Below are positions 9,698-18,419 of a stretch of DNA of 64,000 nt, piece by piece (within the stretch, counting starts at the first letter, position 1; each line of letters starts with the position of its first letter). Both the position numbers and the translations under genes were made by a program. Source of the DNA: Candidatus Acidiferrales bacterium (GTDB lineage Bacteria > Acidobacteriota > Terriglobia > Acidiferrales > UBA7541); assembly GCA_963849395.1 (NCBI GenBank), contig CAWKHR010000009.1, forward strand, positions 55,320 to 119,319. Direction: 5' to 3'. The notes under the pieces were generated by a model. It had not been told where the DNA came from, did no database searches, and saw only the letters and a list, made by a program, of their open reading frames with translations.

Positions 9698-11116
9698 ATG
9701 AGCGGAGCAGCCATGCCCGAGCCCCGGTCGGCGGTGATGATCCTGGTGCAAGCCACCTGGGAAGATCAACACGGCGCGTTGCAAACCGCGCGTGCCTGCA
9801 TGGAGAATCGTTCGCCGTCGGGCGCGTGCATCCGCGTTCCGGCGCGCATCGCGGCCGGCACAAAATTAAAAATCCAGTGGCGCTGGGAAGAGTTCAACGG
9901 CGTCGCGAAATACTGCCGCACCGATGGCCAGGAATATTTAGTCGGCGTTCAGCGGATTGCAGCAGTTGTTCCCCGCGGCGCTGCAGCTACAACGACAAAA
10001 ACCAAAGCTCCGCCATCGCCTAAGGGCAACCGCGCTGCGGCAAGTAAAATTTCACCAACCGCGCAGCCAACCTCGCTCGTGTCTGCGACACAAACTCAAA
10101 TCAAGACTCCTGCTATTGCCGCTGAACACGACAAACCGCAAACGCAGATAGCCGCAGAAATTCCCGCGGCACTGAAAAAATCAGAAAACGAAACGCACAC
10201 ACTCCGCACTACTGCGCCCGCAACGCTGGCTGCGACTCCCGCAATGTTGGCTGCTGGCAGCACACCGGACACAAGCAACTTCACCAGACAACACAGCACG
10301 CCTCACCACGATTTCGATGCCCTTCCACGAAGCAACGCCGACGCGACACCGCCTCTGACTGGCAAGGGCGCTGGGAAAGAAAGGACAACTATGCGACGCA
10401 AATGGCTGGAACTCACACAGTGGGGCAACAAGCAAGACAGTCCGAATGACGCCAACGGACACGCGCCCACGAACCTTACCGCACCGGGACCGAGCAACGG
10501 TGCCAACGAGAAAACGAAGCGCACTATGGAAGCGAGGCCAGCAATGGACAAGAGCGATGCAGCCGCCGACGACCGCGCAGCAAACTTCCAGGCCGAATTA
10601 ATGTGCATGGAAGATATTTATCGCGCCGCCGGCATCATGAGTCCGCGCCGCGGCTACAGCGTAACCAAAGTCGTCGAGATGCTGCACAGCGATCACATGC
10701 GCGGGCTCTCCAAAGAAATGAAGCGCGCCGCGGTGCTGATGGCGCTCGACGCAGCGGGCGTTAGCGCCGATGAAGTGTTGCGCGACGCCAAGATTCGCCA
10801 GGACGCCATCGACGCCTACGAAGCCGAACAGCGCAAACAGATGGAAGCAGAATGGGCGCGCAAGGCCGAAGAAAATATTCAGCTCCAGGCGGAACTGGAA
10901 AGCGTGCGTGCCCACTACATGGAGCGGCTGAAACGCAACCTGGATGGTGTGGCCCGCGAGAAAAGCACCTTTGGCAACTGGCTGACGCTGAAACAGCAGG
11001 AAGCGCAGAGCATGCTGGAAGCAGTGGATCTTTGCCTGAAGCCACTGCCAGCAGAGCCGGTTCGCGATTCGCTGGCGGAAGTCAGCCTGGTCGATGCCAG
11101 CGCCAAGCCGGTCTGA
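9698..11116 (+). CDS. PilZ-like N-terminal domain protein with disordered linker and conserved coiled-coil C-terminal domain
   Basis: From ATG 9698: ..EPRSAVMILVQATWEDQHG..MENRSPSGACIRVPARIAAGTKLKIQW..GVAKYC..YLVGVQ (NxSxxG motif and beta-barrel pattern of PilZ, RxxxR motif degenerate). Thr/Ala/Pro-rich middle. C-terminal ..EDIYRAAGIMSPRRGYSVTKVVEML.. plus heptad region. ORF-track start 9515 lies inside REP elements. Confidence 0.6.
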   Translation: MSGAAMPEPRSAVMILVQATWEDQHGALQTARACMENRSPSGACIRVPARIAAGTKLKIQWRWEEFNGVAKYCRTDGQEYLVGVQRIAAVVPRGAAATTTKTKAPPSPKGNRAAASKISPTAQPTSLVSATQTQIKTPAIAAEHDKPQTQIAAEIPAALKKSENETHTLRTTAPATLAATPAMLAAGSTPDTSNFTRQHSTPHHDFDALPRSNADATPPLTGKGAGKERTTMRRKWLELTQWGNKQDSPNDANGHAPTNLTAPGPSNGANEKTKRTMEARPAMDKSDAAADDRAANFQAELMCMEDIYRAAGIMSPRRGYSVTKVVEMLHSDHMRGLSKEMKRAAVLMALDAAGVSADEVLRDAKIRQDAIDAYEAEQRKQMEAEWARKAEENIQLQAELESVRAHYMERLKRNLDGVAREKSTFGNWLTLKQQEAQSMLEAVDLCLKPLPAEPVRDSLAEVSLVDASAKPV

Positions 11117-11140
11117 AGAGCGGGCGGCACATCGCGTCAA

Positions 11141-11584
11141 CTAGGTATAGTGATGGCCGTCAGTAAAGAACGTTTCTCCCTGCAGCACCACATCGACCGC
11201 TTTCAGCAGCGTGCCGGCAACATCCGTTTTCGTCACGAACCCTTGCGCCCCCGCCGCTTTGGCCGCGCGCACCATTTCCGGGCCAGCATGCATCGAGAGC
11301 ATAAGAATTGGAATCGCGGGCAACAACTGTTTGATTTTCCTGGCGGCGGAGAATCCGTCCATCACCGGCATGGTTACATCTAATACCACCAGATCCGGAT
11401 CAAGCTGTCTGGCAAGTTCGACAGCTTCTTGCCCGTTGGTGGCCTCGCCGCAGACTTTCAAGTCCGCTCGAGACTCCAGCAGGGAGCACACACCTTTTCG
11501 AACCACTTCGTGGTCGTCTGCAATTAGGATACGCAAGGGCCCGATTTCCTCTGAACGGGGGCAACCGTCCGCACCGTGGGACAA
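11141..11584 (-). CDS. single-domain response regulator (REC only, NarL-type receiver without HTH)
   Basis: LRILIADDHEVVRKGV..PDLVVLDVTMPVMDG..ILMLSMH..GAQGFVTK; start codon uncertain (TTG at 11584 or internal). Confidence 0.85.
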   Translation of the reverse strand: MSHGADGCPRSEEIGPLRILIADDHEVVRKGVCSLLESRADLKVCGEATNGQEAVELARQLDPDLVVLDVTMPVMDGFSAARKIKQLLPAIPILMLSMHAGPEMVRAAKAAGAQGFVTKTDVAGTLLKAVDVVLQGETFFTDGHHYT

Positions 11585-11918
11585 TCGGTGAAGAATGACC
11601 GAATTCTATCTTTGCGTTTCAGGGATGTCCACACGAGAGCGATAGTCCAAAAAAAGAATTCAACAAACATTACTTAAAACTTTTAGTGTTGGAAGCCCTG
11701 CGAGAAGGAGAACTAGTACGGAACACGGTCAAGGCATCTCCCGCCCAGAGTAGACGCCCTGACCGCATTCGCGCATATCGTTTGTACAGCCAACCCTAAT
11801 TTCGGTCCATCAGGACTTCGATGTAATTCGCGGTGCGGGAAAACATCAGAATTAACTGGGCGCGTTAACTAAATCTCGTCAGTTAGTCGGCTTCCCAAAA
11901 TGGGAATCCCAGAACGGT

Positions 11919-12000
11919 TCACGCCGCCTTCGCCGTGCGCACTGTCGAAGCCCGCATGGGGTCGATGCGCTCCGCACGAACCCGCACGCAATCGTCCAGC
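11919..12000 (-). other. degenerate duplicate of the rnr 3' end
   Basis: Translates LDDCVRVRAERIDPMRASTVRTAKAA*, versus rnr C-terminus LGDRVRVRAERIDPMRRRVEFSLVTSS*; separated from the rnr stop by a REP-B copy. Confidence 0.7.
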
Positions 12001-12007
12001 TTTCGCG

Positions 12008-12072
12008 CTGTCATCCCGACCGAAGGGCCGCGTCTTCTGCTGCCCGCAGCGGAGGGATCGTGGCACGATTCC
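12008..12072 (+). repeat. REP-B element
   Basis: ctgtcatcccgaccgaagggccgcgtcttctgctgcccgcagcggagggatcgtggcacgattcc, immediately 3' of the rnr stop codon. Confidence 0.75.
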
Positions 12073-12078
12073 ACGTCA

Positions 12079-14598
12079 TTAGGACGACGTGACCAAGGAG
12101 AACTCCACTCGCCGCCGCATCGGGTCGATACGTTCCGCACGCACGCGAACGCGATCGCCCAGTTTCCAAACCAACTCCTTGACGGGCTTCTTCGCGCCCC
12201 GTCGCCCGCGCCGCCCAGAATCTCCGCCCAGCACCGCCACCATGGCGTGATCGCTTTCGCGAAAGACGACTCGCGCATCCGCCGCCTCTTCCAGCGCGGT
12301 AATCGGCAGTAAGCCTTCCACAAACACTTCCAGCAATTCCACAAAGCAGCCAAATTTCTGGACCGAGATGATCAGCGCCTCGTACTCGTCGCCAAGATGG
12401 TGCTCCATGAATTGCGCGGTCTTCCAGTCGATCAATTCCCTTTCCGCAGACGTGGCGCGGCGCTCCGTCTCGGAAGTTTCCTGAGCAATTTCTTCCAGGT
12501 GATTCTGCGAATACAGCGCGGCTTCCACGCCGACGGTAGGTTTGATGTGCGTAGGCGCCGGCGCATCCGGATGAGCCAGAGCCCACTTCAGATTGCGATG
12601 AACAATCAGATCGGCATAGCGCCGAATCGGCGAAGTGAAGTGCGTATATTCATCGAAACCCAGCGCGAAGTGGCCCAGCGGCTCCGCGGCATAGCGCGCC
12701 TGCTTCAGCGAACGCAGCATCAAGTACGACACGATGCGCTCTTCCGTCTTGCCCGCTAGTTTCGCCAAAAGCCGCTGATAATGCTGCGGCGTGATTTTCA
12801 AATCCGTCGCGGGCAGCGTCACGCGCTGCTGCCGTTCGCGTCCGTGGCCGTAAGAATCGGGACGTCCAGCCTTGGCTGGTGCGGGCGTGCGTCCGTGGCG
12901 CACCGCGATTTCCCGTTGATGTAAATCTTCGACGCCCAGCGAATAACCAAAGGCACGCGCCAGCTCTTCAAACTCCAGAACTTTGCGGGCATCCGGCTTT
13001 TCGTGCACGCGATGCAGCGACTTCAACCCGCGACTGAACAGGTAATGATCCACGGCGCGATTCGCCGCCAGCATGAATTCTTCAATGATGCGATGAGCGA
13101 TGTTCCGTTCGCTGCGGGAAATATTGTTAATCTGTTGCTGCTCGTCGAATTCAATGACCGGAGCTGGCAGATCGAAATCAATCGAGCCATTTTCCCGGCG
13201 CCGCGCATTCAGCAGCAATGCCAATCCCTTCATAGCGCGGAAATGATGATTCAGATGACTGTACCGCGAGGTCATCTCCGGATCGCCTTCCAGCACCTTG
13301 TTCACGTTGGTGTACGTCATGCGCTCCGCAGAACGAATCACCCCCGGCGTCATCCACGCCGTCAACGGACGGCCCGCGGAATCAAACTGCATGATGGCGC
13401 TCATCACCAGCCGCTCTTCGCGCGGTTTCAGCGAACACATGCCATTCGAAAGCGATTCCGGCAGCATCGGCACCGCGCGATCGATGAAATACACGGAATT
13501 CCCGCGCAGCCGCGCTTCGCGATCCAGCGGCGCTTCGGGCAAAACGTAATGCGCCACGTCGGCGATGTGCACTTGCAGCAGCCAGCCACCATCATCGCGG
13601 CGCTCCACGTAAACCGCATCGTCGAAATCACGCGCCGTTTCGCCGTCGATCGTGACAATGGGCAGATCGCGGAAATCTTCTCGCCCCGCGAAATCGTTTG
13701 GCGTGACAGGAATCGCCAGCCGCTCCGCCTCTTGCACCACTTCGCGCGCAAACACGTGTGGAAGATGATGCTTGCGGATAATGATTTCCGTGTCGACGCC
13801 CAGATCACCTGGCCGGCCAAGAATTTCAATCACCTTTCCCGTAGGAGGCGCGCCACCGCGCGGATAGCGAATCAGTTCCACGTTGACCACCGCACCATCC
13901 AGCTTGGCAATATGCGGCAGCCGTTTGCTGCGTGAGCTCTCTTTGCCGCCGGGCAGCAGTTGCTCGCGCAGGCCCGGAGAAAGCTCCTCCCCTGGCAACA
14001 ATTCGATCTCGTGTTGCACGCGGTGATCGTAAGGGATAACCACCGGCCCGCGCGATGTGTAGCGAAACAGCCCGACGATTGCCGGATGCGCGCGCCCGAC
14101 GATGCGAACAATGCGTCCCTCCGCGCGCCGCGCTCCAGACATTCCGCTGAGCCGCGCAATCCGCACGATCACGTGGTCGCCGTGCATGGCGTCTTCCACG
14201 TAGTCGCGAGGAATGAAAATATCGCCGTCAATGTTGGGAATAGCCACGTCAGGAACCACGAAGCCGTAACCATCGTGATGCAGCACCAGTCGCCCGCGAA
14301 TCTCGTCGCGCGAAGCCGCTTTGTGCTGCGGAATCGCCTCGACAACCGCGGGCGACGCAGCCGCGGCGGACTTGGCACCTGCAGGGGCATTCTGCGAACG
14401 CCGCAGCAGGAAGCGCCCATGGGTCAGTTCTTCCACCAAGCCCTTTTTTTTCAGGCGCAGCAGCATCTGCAGCAGTGAGCGGCGGTGGTCCTTCTTGATG
14501 TGCAGCGAGCGCGAAAGGTCCTCAAGGGACACCGGGTCATTTCTAAGCTGTAGAAAACGCAATATGTTATCAGGACTGAGCGGCGACGGGCGAGGCAT
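12079..14598 (-). CDS. rnr: ribonuclease R (RNase II/VacB family 3'-5' exoribonuclease)
   Basis: 839 aa. N-terminal HTH-like region, cold-shock-like domains, RNB catalytic core (..VTIDGETARDFDDAVYVE..HIADVAHYV..YFIDRAVPMLPE..), C-terminal S1 domain (..GDEYEALIISVQKFGCFVEL..). Confidence 0.9.
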   Translation of the reverse strand: MPRPSPLSPDNILRFLQLRNDPVSLEDLSRSLHIKKDHRRSLLQMLLRLKKKGLVEELTHGRFLLRRSQNAPAGAKSAAAASPAVVEAIPQHKAASRDEIRGRLVLHHDGYGFVVPDVAIPNIDGDIFIPRDYVEDAMHGDHVIVRIARLSGMSGARRAEGRIVRIVGRAHPAIVGLFRYTSRGPVVIPYDHRVQHEIELLPGEELSPGLREQLLPGGKESSRSKRLPHIAKLDGAVVNVELIRYPRGGAPPTGKVIEILGRPGDLGVDTEIIIRKHHLPHVFAREVVQEAERLAIPVTPNDFAGREDFRDLPIVTIDGETARDFDDAVYVERRDDGGWLLQVHIADVAHYVLPEAPLDREARLRGNSVYFIDRAVPMLPESLSNGMCSLKPREERLVMSAIMQFDSAGRPLTAWMTPGVIRSAERMTYTNVNKVLEGDPEMTSRYSHLNHHFRAMKGLALLLNARRRENGSIDFDLPAPVIEFDEQQQINNISRSERNIAHRIIEEFMLAANRAVDHYLFSRGLKSLHRVHEKPDARKVLEFEELARAFGYSLGVEDLHQREIAVRHGRTPAPAKAGRPDSYGHGRERQQRVTLPATDLKITPQHYQRLLAKLAGKTEERIVSYLMLRSLKQARYAAEPLGHFALGFDEYTHFTSPIRRYADLIVHRNLKWALAHPDAPAPTHIKPTVGVEAALYSQNHLEEIAQETSETERRATSAERELIDWKTAQFMEHHLGDEYEALIISVQKFGCFVELLEVFVEGLLPITALEEAADARVVFRESDHAMVAVLGGDSGRRGRRGAKKPVKELVWKLGDRVRVRAERIDPMRRRVEFSLVTSS

Positions 14599-14752
14599 GT
14601 GCCATGGCCTTTCTAGGGAGCGCGAGTACTTCCGGTTTCATTCAGAAAGATTCTGTCACTTTTTTTAAGTTCGCTGTAACTTTTTTCGGCTTTCGACAGT
14701 TTCATAGGTAGGCCAACACACGACCGATTAGCCGCCCTCCGTCAGGCTAGTC

Positions 14753-14815
14753 GGAATTCCCCGAAAGGGGAATAAGGGGAGGCGGGAAGACCTGGCCCGC
14801 CTCCTTTCTCTTTTT
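14753..14815 (+). repeat. two-hairpin plus T-tract element, copy 1 (terminator-like on + strand)
   Basis: ggaattCCCCgaaaGGGGaataagg GGAGGCGGGaagacctgGCCCGCCTCC tttctcttttt; repeated at 15377. Confidence 0.7.
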
Positions 14816-15012
14816 AGCGAGTCCCTTCCAATCCCATGCAGCGGATATGAGCGCAGAGGCTTCCGCTCCACAAGCAGCGCGGGTTTCAGTGCGATAAGCT
14901 ACTCTAACTACGAATTCAGAACCCTCGAGACTGTTGGCGCCACAATGCGACGTTGGGGCCAAGGCACCAGATCACCAATCTTTCAGTTATTTACTGGTAT
15001 ACCGAAAATAAG

Positions 15013-15309
15013 CTAAGCGAACAGTATGCGTTGACGCGGTGATGGGGTTTGAACGGAGCGGCGATTGTTACGCCGGGTAGCTGGCGCGCGTCGCCGGGTC
15101 TTGCGGGGCGTAGATTGGTCGTTCAGCGCTTCGGCGGCATGAGCCGCTACATTGGTGAGAACCAGGTCGGCGGCGGCGTTAGCCATAAATACGCGAGCGG
15201 GAATTTTGTCGACGGGTGCCTCACTGACCTGATCGAGTGCTGCCATGAGTTCAGAAACACTACTGAAGTGGCGTGTTCGTAACTCAAGAATGTCTGCCGC
15301 GATGCCCAT
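15013..15309 (-). CDS. hypothetical protein with Arg-rich C-terminal tail (98 aa)
   Basis: ATG ORF MGIAADILELRTRHFSSVSELMAALDQV.. ending ..PRKTRRRAPATRRNNRRSVQTPSPRQR; flanked by the two copies of the hairpin element. Confidence 0.45.
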   Translation of the reverse strand: MGIAADILELRTRHFSSVSELMAALDQVSEAPVDKIPARVFMANAAADLVLTNVAAHAAEALNDQSTPRKTRRRAPATRRNNRRSVQTPSPRQRILFA

Positions 15310-15376
15310 TATATTTACCTCGAAGTGAACAGCATATCATCTCTATTATTCAACGCACCTGTACGAAGGGACAGTT

Positions 15377-15427
15377 GGATTCCCCGAAAGGAGAATAAGC
15401 GGAGGCTGCCCGCCTCCTTTCTCTTTT
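15377..15427 (+). repeat. two-hairpin plus T-tract element, copy 2
   Basis: ggattCCCCgaaaGGaGaataagc GGAGGCtgcccGCCTCC tttctctttt. Confidence 0.7.
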
Positions 15428-15885
15428 GCCTTATTTACTCCTAATTCCCATCTGTCTCTGTGCTTAGAATAGTTGGATCAACTTTGCCTGGGTGTGCCAG
15501 CAAATCCCATTTGGGTGCCAGAAACTGGATGCGCGCTCCACTTCCCATCGGCCGTTTGTCGGTCCTTCCGTTTGCACTTGGGCGGTCGTAATTCTTTACA
15601 CGGGTATTTTGCGAAAATTCCCGCGGAATCTTTGGGTCAGGAGTGTCTCGGCATTTCTCTCGGTTATCCTCTGTTTCGGTGTCGTCATAACCCAAATCTT
15701 GATTTTTGGCGCCATTACGGGTATTCGAGCCGCCACCAGCGACCATGTTGTTCTCTCGATGTTGGTCTTCGAAAATCTAACTTCGCTATATCTCTTGATT
15801 TATCGCCTCAAAAATCCGACAAATGTTTCCCCAGGCAGCTCAAAGGTGCCTGTGTCAGAGTGAACGAGGTTTTGAGACGCAAAAT

Positions 15886-16152
15886 ATGAAAATGGCAGAT
15901 TTTTACCGGAAGACTGCGAATTACTGGCAAGCTGTCTGGCGTGTGGGCTTGCCCACAATAGTCATCTACAGAGCCTGCCACTTCTTGTTCTTTTGGCTCG
16001 CGGGAGGCAAATCCGCAGGGTTTTCCTATCCTTGGCGCTTTGCGGCAATCCTCGACCCACTCGCAGTTTTCATTGTGGCGAGCGTTTGGTGGAGCGCCGT
16101 GCGTTCCGTGTTTGGGAAGGTCAATCCCACCAAAACGGAACCGCCTAACTAG
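15886..16152 (+). CDS. small membrane protein (88 aa)
   Basis: From ATG 15886 MKMADFYRKTANYWQAVWRVGLPTIVIYRACHFLFFWL..AAILDPLAVFIVASVWW; two hydrophobic helices; low-G+C islet. Confidence 0.4.
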   Translation: MKMADFYRKTANYWQAVWRVGLPTIVIYRACHFLFFWLAGGKSAGFSYPWRFAAILDPLAVFIVASVWWSAVRSVFGKVNPTKTEPPN

Positions 16153-16295
16153 CATCCCGTCCGAAGGCTAGCTGCTCGGTAGTTTGGAAACAGCATGCTC
16201 TTCCTGGCCAACTCTTTCCGGCAGTGCTTTGACTTTACCGGTTAATCAGGAACTTGCATTAAATTTGAAAAACCAAAAGTTCGCTGCGTGACGAT

Positions 16296-16921
16296 ATGCT
16301 GAGACTGGACGAAGCGGTCATCGGCATTGAAGGGATTTCGCAGATGGACGGCACTGAGTTTCAGCTATCTCTGGAGCGGTTGCGGGGATGCATCCATTCT
16401 CGTGACAACGACGAGATTGAGAATGTTGTAACGGACCTAGATTTGTTCACGATTGAAGTGGAACGTTGGCCAGACGGCTTCTTCGACGGCTTAGAGGGTC
16501 TTATGAGGGACCCGCGCTTTCTCGGCCTGGCGAACTCTTGGAGACTCTTTTACTTCATCGCGAACAACTGGGAGCAGATTTCCGAACGAGAGAAGGAACG
16601 GCTACGCGAGCTACTCGGGGAGGCGTTCGACAGCTGTGGAGACTGGATGGGAGCATTCGTTGTTGGCGAAATCCTCGGAGACCACTACGCGGATGAAACA
16701 ACACTGGCAATTCTGGAACGCCTAGCGAAAACTGCGAATCTCCTTGCCCGGCAACTTCTCTTCTCCCACACGCTCTTGAACACCTCGCGAAAGCAACTGA
16801 CCGCGAATCGCTTAGGAGCCAGGCCATTCAGCAGCTTCAAAAACTAGGGAAAAGCGACTTCGTAGAAGTCCGGGATGAGGCGTCTATATCGCTAGCGAAG
16901 CTTGGCATTAAGGCCGAATGA
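16296..16921 (+). pseudogene. helical-repeat (HEAT-like) hypothetical protein, apparent frameshift near 16750-16770
   Basis: ORF 16296..16847 ends in an implausible tail. The +2 frame from about 16742 reads ..LPHALEHLAKATDRESLRSQAIQQLQKLGKSDFVEVRDEASISLAKLGIKAE* (stop 16919-16921), a coherent helical-repeat ending. Confidence 0.5.
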
Positions 16922-17002
16922 AATCTGGAACTTTTCCGTATCTAGAACTCCTTGGTCAAAACTGCGCAAGAAAGATTCCCAGTGCCTGGTAAGTCTAAAT
17001 GT

Positions 17003-17153
17003 ATAGGTCGAGGGAGGCGCGCTTGGTGTAAAAAAGCTGAACTCAGCGGAGGCTGATTCAGAACACTAAAGAGGCTCCCCCATGCAACGTATGTATTAGA
17101 TTGGACTGGATGTTCACAAGCAGAAGATCAGTTATTGCGTGAAGGTCGTGGTC
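17003..17153 (+). mobile_element. 5' remnant of the IS110-family element type found at 4059-5178
   Basis: ataggtcgagggaggcgcgcttggtgtaaaaaagctgaactcagcg..atgtattagattggactggatgttcacaag.. aligns with 4059-4210; contains an in-frame tag and ends after about 20 codons. Confidence 0.7.
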
Positions 17154-17154
17154 T

Positions 17155-17355
17155 TCATGTGCTGGTCTGTGCCCTACTCGGCTCATTAACGGAAATTACA
17201 TGTCCAGTTAGAGAACTAAGGATAAGGTATCTACCCGGCTGAGATGCTCCTAGCTTTTGCACCTGTTTACGTGCCTCATCTAGGCTTCGCGCAAACGCTA
17301 TCTTTTGTGGCTTGGAATTCTCTTCAACTTGGAAAATATCAAAGTGGGTATCCAT
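17155..17355 (-). CDS. small hypothetical protein (66 aa)
   Basis: From internal ATG 17355: MDTHFDIFQVEENSKPQKIAFARSLDEARKQVQKLGASQPGRYLILSS..; pattern resembles 17796..18002; the 148-aa extension looks non-coding. Confidence 0.4.
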   Translation of the reverse strand: MDTHFDIFQVEENSKPQKIAFARSLDEARKQVQKLGASQPGRYLILSSLTGHVISVNEPSRAQTST

Positions 17356-17795
17356 CGGTTTCTCCAGTCGTGAAGTCTGGAATGAAACCGTTCCGACGTG
17401 GATCACACTACCGGGAACCAGACGGGGGTTTCTAATTCGATTAACAGATATACGTTGTGAACAGGATTGTCCAGTGAAACAGTGTAAAAAGCGCAGGTAT
17501 CTGGTAGGACCATATACCTGTGCGTCATCGTAGCCCTTGACTGCCGCTGCCAGTCTATTTCCTGGCAAGAAACGCCGGCTGGAAGCATTTACCGACGTCA
17601 AGATTCGTGACAGTGAGACCGTACATTTTGACAGTATCCAGATGAACCACGCTTCGTTATTTTATGCGAACAAAGCTGAAAACCACTCCGGGGACGTCCT
17701 TCACTCTGTCGGCGGGCGTCCCACCTATCATAGTTAGGAGGTGGCTTCCGTTCTCGGAGTAGCAAGGTTCGTCGCGGACCCAAGGTAAGGCTCTT

Positions 17796-18002
17796 ATGAC
17801 TAAAAAGATTGATGTGCTTGAATTAATGAAAAATGGGGACGTCCTGTCGCTTGGGAAGGCAGAAAGCTTTGAAGAAGCGAAACAAGCAGCAACGATTTAC
17901 ATGAACGCGCACGTTGATAGCGGGGTGAAACGGTTCCGAGTGATTCTCACGAGACACCAACTCGCCGCTTTCTTGGACGCTGAGAAGCACAAGCCGAATT
18001 AG
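17796..18002 (+). CDS. small hypothetical protein (68 aa)
   Basis: ATG ORF MTKKIDVLELMKNGDVLSLGKAESFEEAKQAATIYM..KRFRVILT..; 5-nt gap to the next ORF. Confidence 0.5.
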   Translation: MTKKIDVLELMKNGDVLSLGKAESFEEAKQAATIYMNAHVDSGVKRFRVILTRHQLAAFLDAEKHKPN

Positions 18003-18007
18003 TTGTT

Positions 18008-18358
18008 ATGAAGCTGCGTTACGAAAAAGGCCCGATGTCGGATTCCGGACCCAGTGCCGAAGAAAAGGGCGAGGATTGCCTCCTTCTTAGCGGGAGCGTC
18101 GAGCGCGAACCGCGACCTATAGTTGTCGTTCTGAGTTGGCACAGAGCCTATGGCGAGGCTTTGCTTTATGCCCACTCAGATAGAGCGGCAACACTCTTGT
18201 CAAAAGCTGAACATCGCATCTTCGAACGGTATCTGGAAGTGGCCGCTTCCTCATCCTCACTTTCGCCCGAAGAAGACCGAGACTTGTGGAACGCAGTCAC
18301 GGCACTATCTGAGTTGAAAAAGATGCTGGCTCTCGCGCCCCATCTCCCCATCCATTAG
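18008..18358 (+). CDS. hypothetical protein (116 aa)
   Basis: ATG ORF tightly following 17796..18002 (likely operon); no family recognised. Confidence 0.5.
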   Translation: MKLRYEKGPMSDSGPSAEEKGEDCLLLSGSVEREPRPIVVVLSWHRAYGEALLYAHSDRAATLLSKAEHRIFERYLEVAASSSSLSPEEDRDLWNAVTALSELKKMLALAPHLPIH

Positions 18359-18419
18359 CATCTAGTAGCGTGATCACGAGAGAAGGATTGGTTTCCCAAA
18401 CCGCAGGAAGGCCGTATTT

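Noticed and set aside
13003-13935. 310-aa ORF on the + strand (and similar ones at 8696..9478, 36100..36819, 40442..40990, 22154..22768)
   Set aside because: All lie opposite strongly supported genes (rnr, SPFH, kinase, DUF1501, nucleoside hydrolase) and have Arg/His-rich shadow composition.
15441-15870. ORFs 15441..15746 (-), 15473..15889 (+) and 15492..15863 (+)
   Set aside because: Three mutually overlapping ORFs lie in an A/T-richer stretch and none has a convincing start, RBS or motif. The coding strand cannot be decided.
17155-17601. 148-aa version of the minus-strand ORF
   Set aside because: The N-terminal 82 residues are Arg/Ser/Cys-rich and not protein-like. The internal ATG at 17355 gives a compact 66-aa product resembling 17796..18002.
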